From: an uncultured virus (IMG/VR IMGVR_UViG_3300025011_000039)
Taxonomy: Duplodnaviria > Heunggongvirae > Uroviricota > Caudoviricetes
IMG/VR virus record: IMGVR_UViG_3300025011_000039
Length of the DNA stretch: 20,000 bases
Direction: 5' to 3' (one strand)
Shown: in pieces, positions 1 to 7,491 of the stretch
How positions within the stretch are numbered: the first letter of the stretch is position 1
Layout of the letters: every line of letters starts with the position of its first letter
Notes under the pieces: generated by a model
What the model saw: only the letters and a program-made list of their open reading frames with translations
Databases searched by the model: none
Told to the model about the DNA's origin: nothing
Position numbers and translations under genes: made by a program

Positions 1-1496
1 CCCACGGCAAGAGATTTAACAGTTAGACTCGTACCTGCCCCTGCTGTAGAAATTACCGCCCTCACGGATTTATAGCCGGATACGTTGGTAGAGTAAATTC
101 CTTCCGCTGTTGCCGTTGTCGCTTCCACACCCGTATCTGTTTTTGTGGCACTAAAAGCCGTATAGTTTGTACCGTCAACAGAACCTTCCCAAGTTACTGT
201 TGCACCATCAGGGGTTCCGGTAATCTGAAAAGATATCGGCCCATACCCGCTTACCGTAGCGGCGGTACCATTGCCGTCTGTCGTTGCTGCGTTTTGGTGC
301 GTGGTTTCCAGAGTTGTTGCCGGGATACCGCCTTGTGCTAATGTGGCCTGTACAGCCGCTAAAGTCGCCTCAGTCGCCGGTGCCGCTATAATCTTAGCCA
401 GTATAGCGGCCAAAGTTGTCTGTGTAGCGAAGTCTTTTGCTATAAGCGTGTCCTGTTTAGACTCGGTAGCCGGGGAGGCGATAATTTTAGCTAAGACTGC
501 TGCAAGAGTTGTTTGAGTTGCGAAGTCTTTATCCTCGAGTTCCGCAAGAGTAGTTTCGGTTGCAGCGTCAACAGGCAAAGCAGTCAATACAGCAGGTATC
601 GGGTTTCCCGCTGCAACGTCAGCATTACCTACTTGCAGATTGGCGTTGGCGTTAAAGTTGTCGTGTATAGACTGATCAACAGTAATACTACCGCCACCAT
701 CAGCAATAACATTCTTCCGCATAATCTGATATACAGAACCGGAGGAGGCGCTTACAACTGCAACACCACCAGAAAATTCAACGGGAGTAACGGTAACAGG
801 TACAACCCCATCAGAACCAGTCATGGTTGCGGTAAATTCTGCTAATTCATCAATCTTAACTGCAACGAGAGTGGCAGTATTTTTGGTATCGTCTAATTCT
901 CCGGCAGTTTTACCAAGATAAACAGTAAGAACATTATCGGTAAAAGATGCCGACAGGTTGTCATTATCCCCTGGTGCTGCCACTACTTCAGCAGTTATCG
1001 AGTTACCTGCAACTCCCTCATTTACATAAACTACCGTAACTTCTGCTGTGTCGAGAGTGCCAACAATAGCACTTGCCGCCGCACCAGGGAGAGTAGCAAT
1101 TGTCAAAATTGTTGCTGTATTACTCGCTACTGTGCGGTAATAGTCAACTCCGCTAATGGTAACTCTCGCCACATTCCCGGCGAACATATTAGTTTCAAAG
1201 TTTTTCGATGTATCGGCAATGGTAGTTTTACTTCCACCAGTCGCTATGCCGCCGTCGAAATTACTGTCAACTATTGCCGGATTAGTAGTAGTAAACTTCT
1301 CTGTACCGTCCGCATCTACAGGAATAAACTTACCTACTATCGACGTACCTGCACCCAATTTTGCAGTTACTGAACCGTCTGAATTTAGGACTAGACAGAC
1401 TATATCATTGTCACCATCAACTCCGCCAATAGTGACGGGGTTAGTATTAGCCGCAGTTACGCCAACAGGGTTTTTCCCTTGAATGTTAGTTGCTAT
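1..1496 (-). CDS. Virion structural/fibre-like protein, Ala/Thr/Gly/Val-rich, 3' end runs off the window (>498 aa)
   Basis: Not in the ORF track; translated by hand as an open frame (M)ATNIQGKNPVGVTAANTNPVTIGG...GTSLTVKSLAV. SD GGTGGTG at 1509-1503 favours ATA at 1496; in-frame GTGs at 1508 and 1505 are alternatives. Contains an internal KDFATQTTLAA repeat. Confidence 0.8.
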   Translation of the reverse strand, partial: MATNIQGKNPVGVTAANTNPVTIGGVDGDNDIVCLVLNSDGSVTAKLGAGTSIVGKFIPVDADGTEKFTTTNPAIVDSNFDGGIATGGSKTTIADTSKNFETNMFAGNVARVTISGVDYYRTVASNTATILTIATLPGAAASAIVGTLDTAEVTVVYVNEGVAGNSITAEVVAAPGDNDNLSASFTDNVLTVYLGKTAGELDDTKNTATLVAVKIDELAEFTATMTGSDGVVPVTVTPVEFSGGVAVVSASSGSVYQIMRKNVIADGGGSITVDQSIHDNFNANANLQVGNADVAAGNPIPAVLTALPVDAATETTLAELEDKDFATQTTLAAVLAKIIASPATESKQDTLIAKDFATQTTLAAILAKIIAAPATEATLAAVQATLAQGGIPATTLETTHQNAATTDGNGTAATVSGYGPISFQITGTPDGATVTWEGSVDGTNYTAFSATKTDTGVEATTATAEGIYSTNVSGYKSVRAVISTAGAGTSLTVKSLAV

Positions 1497-1755
1497 CTTT
1501 AACACCACCCTTACAGTTCTTTTCGTGGTTAGTGCGGACACGGGCATTATCAAACTCCCTGCCGCACTTTCTACACGAATACTTTTTTGTTGACTTAGGT
1601 TTCTTTACCGATACAGTACGCACAATATCTTTCTTGGGCGTTTCAACTGCTTTTGGTGTATGTAAAAGTGAGGATATTTTACGCAATTCCTCCAATATGC
1701 CTAAAAGCAATCTCTCTGTATCGGTAAAATTTTCCGGTTTTTTGGTGTATTGCAT
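1486..1755 (-). CDS. Small basic protein with C-terminal zinc finger (CRKC-x12-H-x3-C)
   Basis: ORF track 1486..1767; GAGGTG SD favours ATG at 1755; CxxC...HxxxC motif. Confidence 0.7.
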   Translation of the reverse strand: MQYTKKPENFTDTERLLLGILEELRKISSLLHTPKAVETPKKDIVRTVSVKKPKSTKKYSCRKCGREFDNARVRTNHEKNCKGGVKDSN

Positions 1756-1765
1756 AAAGCACCTC

Positions 1766-1797
1766 AAAAATAAAGTAGGGGTATTTACCCCTACTTT
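1766..1797 (-). terminator. Intrinsic terminator-like hairpin
   Basis: AAAGTAGGGGT/ACCCCTACTTT inverted repeat followed by a T-run on the minus strand. Confidence 0.65.
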
Positions 1798-2750
1798 TAG
1801 TCGTTAACCGAAGCAGTACCAATCAGCGCACCAGTCTCAGGGGCAACCTCACTGTAGTAGTTCTCAAACAACCAACAACCATCAGCAACAATGGATGCGG
1901 CAATAGTAGTTAAGTTTGTTGCAATATAGTTATTCGCTATAATACCAGTTGTACCAGTAAGCAATTCAATCCCTGGTTCTGTTGCTCCTTGCTGCATAAT
2001 GTTATCTTTTATGAGTAGATTAGTGCTAAGTGTGGTTATGCCGTTAATGCAGGCGGTAGAATGTGCGCCGGTAAAGCGACAATTTTTAATGGTTACATCG
2101 TCAGAAGCACCAGTAATGCTTATTGCTGTTACTGCTGCCTGTGCCCCTGCCCCGAAGAAACAACCGTCAATTACTGTACCGTCACAACCTGCGTTATTTC
2201 TCAGGGCAATTGCAAACTCGTCCGTTGCTGTTTCGGCAAATCCAAACTCACAGTCTAAGACTTTTGCATAGTCTTTTCCTGCTTCAATGTCAAGTCCAAC
2301 AACCACCGCATTAGCTGAAGTTCTGAACCTAATATTGCTGATAGTTACATCGTTGGCCCCTATCGCTACACTAGCTGCGGTATTGTCGAAGTCGATTGTG
2401 GGTTTTAGGGAACCGCTACCTAAGCCAATAACGGTTATTCCTGCTACATCAAGGTCGATGTTGGCGGCAGTAGTTATGCCCTCGTTATGACCTGGTGCTA
2501 CCCAAATAACGTCTCCCTTGCTGGCAGTACATTTTCCTACTGCTGAGTCGATACTTGCCAGTGCTGTTGCCCATGTTAATCCATCATTGGTTGCGCTGCC
2601 TGTGGCAGAGTCAACGAAGAATTGGCTGCCGGGTTCAAAGTTAAGATACATTCTTCCGAGTGCGTCAACTACTGCTTTCTCAGAACCTACGGCACCGACG
2701 TATAAACCTTCAATACCGCATACCTTTTTGTTGTGTGAATATGTTGCCAT
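1797..2750 (-). CDS. Right-handed beta-helix (pectin-lyase-like fold) virion-associated protein
   Basis: AAGGAGG SD before ATG 2750; FFVDSATGS..DG..W..A...I..A.....GDVIWVAPG motif and repeating (V/I)xIxNC/IxxN units typical of beta-helices; position downstream of the capsid gene. Confidence 0.7.
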   Translation of the reverse strand: MATYSHNKKVCGIEGLYVGAVGSEKAVVDALGRMYLNFEPGSQFFVDSATGSATNDGLTWATALASIDSAVGKCTASKGDVIWVAPGHNEGITTAANIDLDVAGITVIGLGSGSLKPTIDFDNTAASVAIGANDVTISNIRFRTSANAVVVGLDIEAGKDYAKVLDCEFGFAETATDEFAIALRNNAGCDGTVIDGCFFGAGAQAAVTAISITGASDDVTIKNCRFTGAHSTACINGITTLSTNLLIKDNIMQQGATEPGIELLTGTTGIIANNYIATNLTTIAASIVADGCWLFENYYSEVAPETGALIGTASVND

Positions 2751-2774
2751 TTTGTACCTCCTTGTGGGAAAATT

Positions 2775-2795
2775 AAAAGACACCGTTAGGTGTCT
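2775..2795 (-). terminator. Intrinsic terminator-like hairpin after the HNH gene
   Basis: AGACACC-TAAC-GGTGTCT then TTT on the minus strand. Confidence 0.5.
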
Positions 2796-3618
2796 AGTTT
2801 GTTGATTGCTTATTTGTCCAAGCGTAACCTGCTGCTCTGCGACATTCCATGCTATCGTATTTTACCTTACCCCTTTTATATCTCGATAGTGGTACTGTAA
2901 ATTCCTTACCGCAATATTCGCAGTTTAAAGTTACTGTATTGGTTTTTGAGTTACGTTTCTTTTGACACTCCGCACTACAATACTTACCCCTGCCACCCTC
3001 TATGAGGTAGGTTGTTGTATTAAACTCCTTACCACAAACACCGCATACCGCAATTATATGTATTTCTTGATTAATTGGTTTGCCGTGCTGTTTGCCGTGA
3101 CAAGATGAACATAGGGTAATTAGGTTGCTAGGATCATCGTTGCGGTTTTCTGTTTGTCCGGTATGGTCCTTGTGGTGGACAGCAAGTTTTTCTACTGCAC
3201 CACATTCAACACATTTATATCCATCACGCTCCAAAACCAATTCCCTATTTCCTGAGAATCTTGTTTTGTCGTGATTTTTTGCATCACTCGCCCTTTTATA
3301 ATCCATTCTTTTAGCGTTACGCTCCCTATCTTTTAGGCGAATAGCATCAATATTTTTAAGTCTATATTCACGAGACTTCTCTTTCTTTTCTTCGGCATTT
3401 TCAAGGTATATTCCCTTAAACGTATGCTCTTTGCAGCAATATTTTTGCTTACCAGACGAAGGCATAAAAACTACACCACAATATTTACACTTTCTTTCAG
3501 TTAGGGGTGGTCTTAAATGCCTTTCTTTCCTTGAATTTTCCCTGCACTCAGAACTACAATACTTCTGCGATCTGGTTGCATTAAATTCCTTGCCGCATCT
3601 TGGGCATTTCTCTATCAA
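2794..3618 (-). CDS. Freestanding HNH endonuclease with four flanking Cys-rich zinc-ribbon repeats (putative homing endonuclease)
   Basis: RDGYKCVECG...LAVHHKD...NDDPSNLITLCSSCHGKQH HNH core; repeated CxxCGKEF...KYCSxEC units; GGAGGTG SD 6 nt before TTG at 3618 (the track's GTG 3627 overlaps the SD). Confidence 0.88.
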   Translation of the reverse strand: MIEKCPRCGKEFNATRSQKYCSSECRENSRKERHLRPPLTERKCKYCGVVFMPSSGKQKYCCKEHTFKGIYLENAEEKKEKSREYRLKNIDAIRLKDRERNAKRMDYKRASDAKNHDKTRFSGNRELVLERDGYKCVECGAVEKLAVHHKDHTGQTENRNDDPSNLITLCSSCHGKQHGKPINQEIHIIAVCGVCGKEFNTTTYLIEGGRGKYCSAECQKKRNSKTNTVTLNCEYCGKEFTVPLSRYKRGKVKYDSMECRRAAGYAWTNKQSTN

Positions 3619-3627
3619 AATATACAC

Positions 3628-3676
3628 CTCCGATATGTGTTTTATTTATTATATCACATATCGGAGTACATTTCAA
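3628..3676 (-). promoter_or_regulatory. sigmaA-type promoter nested in an RBS-sequestering hairpin upstream of the HNH gene
   Basis: TTGAAA (3676-3671), 17 bp, TGnTATAAT (3653-3648); 12-bp inverted repeat CTCCGATATGTG/CACATATCGGAG (3628-3639 and 3655-3666) covers the GGAG of the SD. Confidence 0.8.
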
Positions 3677-3691
3677 TATAAATATTTCACA

Positions 3692-4663
3692 TTACACAGG
3701 AATACTGAATTGGAAAGGCCTCCACGACTTACTGCCACAAGAATACCACATTATGGAACCTACTTTCCAGACCTGATTCTCCATATTCTTCCAAGAGATA
3801 ATATCGTATTTATCCCCAGATTCTAGGCGATTAATCCACTTCATGGATTTTTTAGCCATCTTAGAGTCCATAACACACCATGGTTGACCGGTCTTTCCTG
3901 CTTGACGACGGAATTGCTTATAGACAATCAATTTCATCGAACCGTTGTAAATGTTCGGGTTGTTGTCGGAAGAATCTACTTTACCTTCACCGCCGATTAA
4001 TTCCAAACCTTTCTTGCGAAGGGCTGTAGGCACAATTAAAGTATCAGGTTGAAGATTTGCGTCCTTGCCCGAACTGTCCTTAACATCAAACATTTTTTGA
4101 CATAAAATTTCGAGATTCTCGTCGTTGAGTTCTAGGGCCTCTAAGTTATCCTGAGTGCTTCCATAGTTAGCAGAAGTCTGAGCGTTTGAAGCAAGCGGCA
4201 ACCCATTGGCTGTCAAAGTCCAGTTAACAGGAGTTCCGTTAACCATAAAACTTGTCTGGTCGGCATAAGTAAGTAAACCGGATGCGCACGCTTCGCGGTG
4301 TCTTGCTGCGCCAATAGAGAAACCGGAAAAATCATCCTTTAAATTAATAAGTTTAGCATTAGACAGTAAGAATCTGTCATACTCCATGCCCGCCTGCCAC
4401 ACGATTGGGGTCCAGATCTTCGTATCGCCTTGTTTCATGGTGCCATAAGTGAATTCACCGTTCCACTTACTGTAGTCAATCGCCCCAACCATCTCACCGA
4501 TTGCCTCAGTGGGGTTATCTGATTGCTCAGGAGTATACAACTCGTCAATCATACTATCTTGAATAGCATCGGTAAAACCGTCCTGCCAAAATTCCAAGAG
4601 CGCATGTTCATATTTCCCAACTAACTGTTCAAAATCTCCGCTTTCTTGAATTAAAACTGCCAT
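3692..4663 (-). CDS. Major capsid protein (HK97 fold, Mu gpT-like)
   Basis: 323 aa, follows scaffold and a 141-aa gene; LQPDTLIVPTAL and WCVMD motifs typical of this capsid class. Confidence 0.85.
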   Translation of the reverse strand: MAVLIQESGDFEQLVGKYEHALLEFWQDGFTDAIQDSMIDELYTPEQSDNPTEAIGEMVGAIDYSKWNGEFTYGTMKQGDTKIWTPIVWQAGMEYDRFLLSNAKLINLKDDFSGFSIGAARHREACASGLLTYADQTSFMVNGTPVNWTLTANGLPLASNAQTSANYGSTQDNLEALELNDENLEILCQKMFDVKDSSGKDANLQPDTLIVPTALRKKGLELIGGEGKVDSSDNNPNIYNGSMKLIVYKQFRRQAGKTGQPWCVMDSKMAKKSMKWINRLESGDKYDIISWKNMENQVWKVGSIMWYSCGSKSWRPFQFSIPV

Positions 4664-4690
4664 TTCATATCTCCTCTCAATTTACAAAAT

Positions 4691-4715
4691 AAAAAGACCA
4701 ACTAATTAGCTGGCC
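4691..4715 (-). terminator. Terminator-like hairpin between decoration and capsid genes
   Basis: GGCCAGC-TAATTA-GTTGGTC followed by TTTTTATTTT. Confidence 0.5.
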
Positions 4716-5131
4716 TCAGTGAAATTCTTTTTGACAATCATCTTTACTTTCAGTCCAACGGTATCCTTTTCCAAGATGACCGCATGACCACCAGTAACGG
4801 TTGCGGCATCCACATTGTCTCCATTAGAATCCAAAATTGCTACAGTAAGACCTGGCAAAAATGCTGCATCTGCGGTTCCTGTGTAATCTGCCTCAATAAT
4901 GTCACCAGTCTTAACGACCGCCATAATCGGCAATACATCGGTACCGGCATCTGCCGCCTTAACGCAAATTGCCTCAATTGCTGCGGTTGTTGCGGATTTA
5001 GTCCATCTACCTGAGGCAAGATAATAACCACGCCCCGCTACTGCCGCCTCCGAATCGGTCATATAGATGTTATCAATAAACTTATCCCTCGAAGCACCAG
5101 TCAAAATGCTCCCAATAATTCTTAATGCCAT
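4706..5131 (-). CDS. Head decoration/capsid cement-like protein (141 aa)
   Basis: Small Ala/Gly/Thr-rich ORF between scaffold and capsid genes; AGGGGG SD before ATG 5131. Confidence 0.65.
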   Translation of the reverse strand: MALRIIGSILTGASRDKFIDNIYMTDSEAAVAGRGYYLASGRWTKSATTAAIEAICVKAADAGTDVLPIMAVVKTGDIIEADYTGTADAAFLPGLTVAILDSNGDNVDAATVTGGHAVILEKDTVGLKVKMIVKKNFTEAS

Positions 5132-5141
5132 GATAAACCCC

Positions 5142-5972
5142 CTATTTCTTCTTAACGTATTTTGCGGCACGTTTTTTAAGTTGTGCCTCTGTTTCGCCAG
5201 GAAACATTGACTTCCAGGTTTTCATCTGCTCCGCGCTCAAACTAACTTGAGTACCCAAATCCGTACTATCATTAGATTTCTCAGTACCCAAGTGCGCCTT
5301 ACTGCCCACCTGCTTAATCGCCTTATGCGCCGCTTTTTTCTGCAACGCCTCGGCAATAGCATCCTCGTTAGCAGTCAACCATGCTGATTTAAGCGGCATA
5401 CCGCTATACAGCATATCAACGGTTGCTTGGTCAAGATTATTCAAGTCGGGAACAATGTCACCGTACTTACCCTTTAAATAGGCATGGTCCTTCACAATCT
5501 GCTGTTCTGCCTCCTGCCTATTTCTCAGGTGTCTTTCTTGCTCTAACTGCTGCTTATTGGCGTTTAGCTCTGCCTGCATCTGCTGAAAAGCAGGGTCCAT
5601 TTTCAGATATTTGTTAATTTGACTAACAGGAAATCCCTGTTCTTCTAACTCTGCGGCAAGTTTTTCCCTCTGAGCATCCATATCTGCCTGCAACTGTCTC
5701 TGTTGCTGTGCGTTATTCTTCTGCTCAAAGTCACGTTTCCACTGTTCAAGTTCATCTGCCTTGCGCTTAGCCTCTTGTGCTTCTCTGCGCATTTGAGCAA
5801 ATGCCCTGTTTTGTTCCTGTGTTTGTTTCTGCTTCTGCTGTTCAACGACTTCAGCATCACTCATTTGTTGAGTGCCGGTTACGTCCCCGGTATCGGTTTG
5901 ATCGTTAGTGTCAATGTCTGTTTGAGGTGAAACGACTTCCTCTGTTCCTGTTTCTAATACTTGATCTTCCAT
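5142..5972 (-). CDS. Capsid scaffolding protein
   Basis: Acidic N-terminus, NRAFAQMRR motif, long Q/E/K coiled coil, short basic C-terminus; position upstream of the capsid genes. Confidence 0.8.
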   Translation of the reverse strand: MEDQVLETGTEEVVSPQTDIDTNDQTDTGDVTGTQQMSDAEVVEQQKQKQTQEQNRAFAQMRREAQEAKRKADELEQWKRDFEQKNNAQQQRQLQADMDAQREKLAAELEEQGFPVSQINKYLKMDPAFQQMQAELNANKQQLEQERHLRNRQEAEQQIVKDHAYLKGKYGDIVPDLNNLDQATVDMLYSGMPLKSAWLTANEDAIAEALQKKAAHKAIKQVGSKAHLGTEKSNDSTDLGTQVSLSAEQMKTWKSMFPGETEAQLKKRAAKYVKKK

Positions 5973-6085
5973 ATTTACACCCCACGTTTACGCTCGTCAG
6001 CGATATATTCACCGTCTTTCCGGCGTGTCTGTTGTCTATTCCCAACTGCCACCCTAAAGCGGAACAATGTTATGTAGGATAATAG

Positions 6086-6108
6086 AAAAAGCAGGTTTTA
6101 CCCTGCCT
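6086..6108 (-). terminator. Intrinsic terminator-like hairpin
   Basis: AAGCAGG-GTAAAA-CCTGCTT followed by TTT. Confidence 0.6.
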
Positions 6109-6111
6109 TAA

Positions 6112-6258
6112 CTATTTAACAGCACCGTTGTTTTTGCCGGGGCGTGAACGCAGATCGCCGCCTTTTATGACACGGGTAACATCTGCTTGCCGACTGCCAG
6201 TATTTCCATAAGTAAAAGTACCGCTACAAGGCATAGCTTTGTCGAGATTTTTAGCCAC
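6112..6258 (-). CDS. Small basic Gly-rich protein (48 aa) of the head module
   Basis: AAAGGAGGTG SD before GTG 6258 (MAKNLDKAMPCSG...). Confidence 0.7.
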   Translation of the reverse strand: MAKNLDKAMPCSGTFTYGNTGSRQADVTRVIKGGDLRSRPGKNNGAVK

Positions 6259-6289
6259 GTCTAACACCTCCTTTCCTGAATTTAGGCAA

Positions 6290-6348
6290 TAAAAATAGGG
6301 ATAGTGCATGAGACAATGCGGTTAAGCACTCTCTCGTACACTATCCCT
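6290..6348 (-). terminator. Long hairpin with T-tract (terminator or processing site)
   Basis: AGGGATAGTG (6297-6306)/CACTATCCCT (6339-6348) plus further inner pairing, then ATTTTT on the minus strand. Confidence 0.6.
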
Positions 6349-6371
6349 GTGGTTTTCCTACTAAGGATTGG

Positions 6372-6668
6372 TTATTTAGTTACTTTTTCCTGCTCGTACC
6401 TGTCAATCCAAGGTTTTATTTTGTCATACATAAACGGAGGAAGCATTGGAACACCAATACTACTTCCTCCTATCGAGACAATTATTTCGTCATTACAGTT
6501 ATCCTTCAACCAATTGTAAAAATCAAAGGACTTATTTATTCTTTCCCTTGTTTCTTCTTCGTATTTTCTAAAACTAGAACCATCAATCACACTATCTAAA
6601 AAACTTTTTAGATTATCAGGATTTAGCTTAGCAACAGTATTATTATCCCAATTAGCATTATCATTCAA
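6372..6668 (-). CDS. Hypothetical AT-rich accessory protein (98 aa)
   Basis: ORF track; GAGGACGGTGAG SD-like sequence upstream. Confidence 0.65.
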   Translation of the reverse strand: MNDNANWDNNTVAKLNPDNLKSFLDSVIDGSSFRKYEEETRERINKSFDFYNWLKDNCNDEIIVSIGGSSIGVPMLPPFMYDKIKPWIDRYEQEKVTK

Positions 6669-6690
6669 TATATCTCACCGTCCTCGGCTA

Positions 6691-6792
6691 TTATTTCATC
6701 TTTTTACCGTAACCCTTACCCATGCCCATTTCTTTCTTGTCGGACTTAGGCATACCCTTCATACCTTTGCCCTTGACCTTACAACCTGCCAT
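6691..6792 (-). CDS. Lys/Gly/Met-rich micro-protein (33 aa) MAGCKVKGKGMKGMPKSDKKEMGMGKGYGKKMK
   Basis: Below the track cutoff; AGGAGG SD overlapping the previous stop; hand translation. Confidence 0.65.
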   Translation of the reverse strand: MAGCKVKGKGMKGMPKSDKKEMGMGKGYGKKMK

Positions 6793-6804
6793 AGTTGTCG
6801 CCTC

Positions 6805-6933
6805 CTAATCAAGTTTAATATCCTCAGTCACACTCAGCATAACAGGTTTACCGCCCTTCATCTTGACGATGATAGTTCCCCAAGGAGTAGACTTCATTTT
6901 GTCGATTACTTTCTTTTCTTTGTTAGTTAGCAT
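6805..6933 (-). CDS. Small protein (42 aa), resembles DUF2292/YezD-type proteins
   Basis: GGAGGT SD; MLTNKEKKVIDKMKSTPWGTIIVKMKGGKPVMLSVTEDIKLD; family call from pattern only. Confidence 0.6.
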   Translation of the reverse strand: MLTNKEKKVIDKMKSTPWGTIIVKMKGGKPVMLSVTEDIKLD

Positions 6934-6946
6934 TGCTTACCTCCGG

Positions 6947-7465
6947 TTATCCGTTATTTGTTATAAAATCAGGTATTACATAAGAGCATATAACATTGTC
7001 CTGCGGTATAACTATCCTGTCACTAAAAAACATATCCTTGCTATCATCAATAACAACATTTAAGATAACTGCATTTCCGTCCCCTTCCATGTAGTATTTA
7101 TTGCTGAAATAAACAGTAATATCTTTAATTAGTTTCATTTCAACTACTTCAATTGCTGGACTTATGGAATATCTTAAATTCCTCAAACTTTGATAATTTA
7201 AGGGAAGTCCGCAAATATGCAATGCCTCTTTAATTGTGGTCATTTCGGAACCGTTCTTTACCTCAATAGCATAGACAGGCACGATGTTATGTGACCAACA
7301 TTTTTTACAGAAAACGCGGTAGCACATTTCAAGTTTTATCGGAAATTTAGAAGATATTTTACCATAACCTCCGACAATAAACTCTTTTCCATTACCTCCA
7401 TTACCTATTTTCTGGTCACAATTACTGCACTTAACAACATCCATGTCTTTTTTCTTGAAAAACAT
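6947..7465 (-). CDS. Hypothetical AT-rich accessory protein with two CxxC motifs (172 aa)
   Basis: ORF track; GGAGG SD; CSNC and CKKC motifs. Confidence 0.7.
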   Translation of the reverse strand: MFFKKKDMDVVKCSNCDQKIGNGGNGKEFIVGGYGKISSKFPIKLEMCYRVFCKKCWSHNIVPVYAIEVKNGSEMTTIKEALHICGLPLNYQSLRNLRYSISPAIEVVEMKLIKDITVYFSNKYYMEGDGNAVILNVVIDDSKDMFFSDRIVIPQDNVICSYVIPDFITNNG

Positions 7466-7491
7466 TGCTTATCCTCCCCGGTTCTCCGTTA

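Noticed and set aside
271..2805. Plus-strand ORFs in the track (271, 513, 1156, 1490, 1999, 2061, 2123, 2287, 2518)
   Set aside because: Antisense shadows of the minus-strand structural genes, without convincing RBS
5985..6025. CTGACGA with nearby GAAA on the minus strand as a third hammerhead
   Set aside because: Stems I and III and the UH site cannot be formed in any permutation
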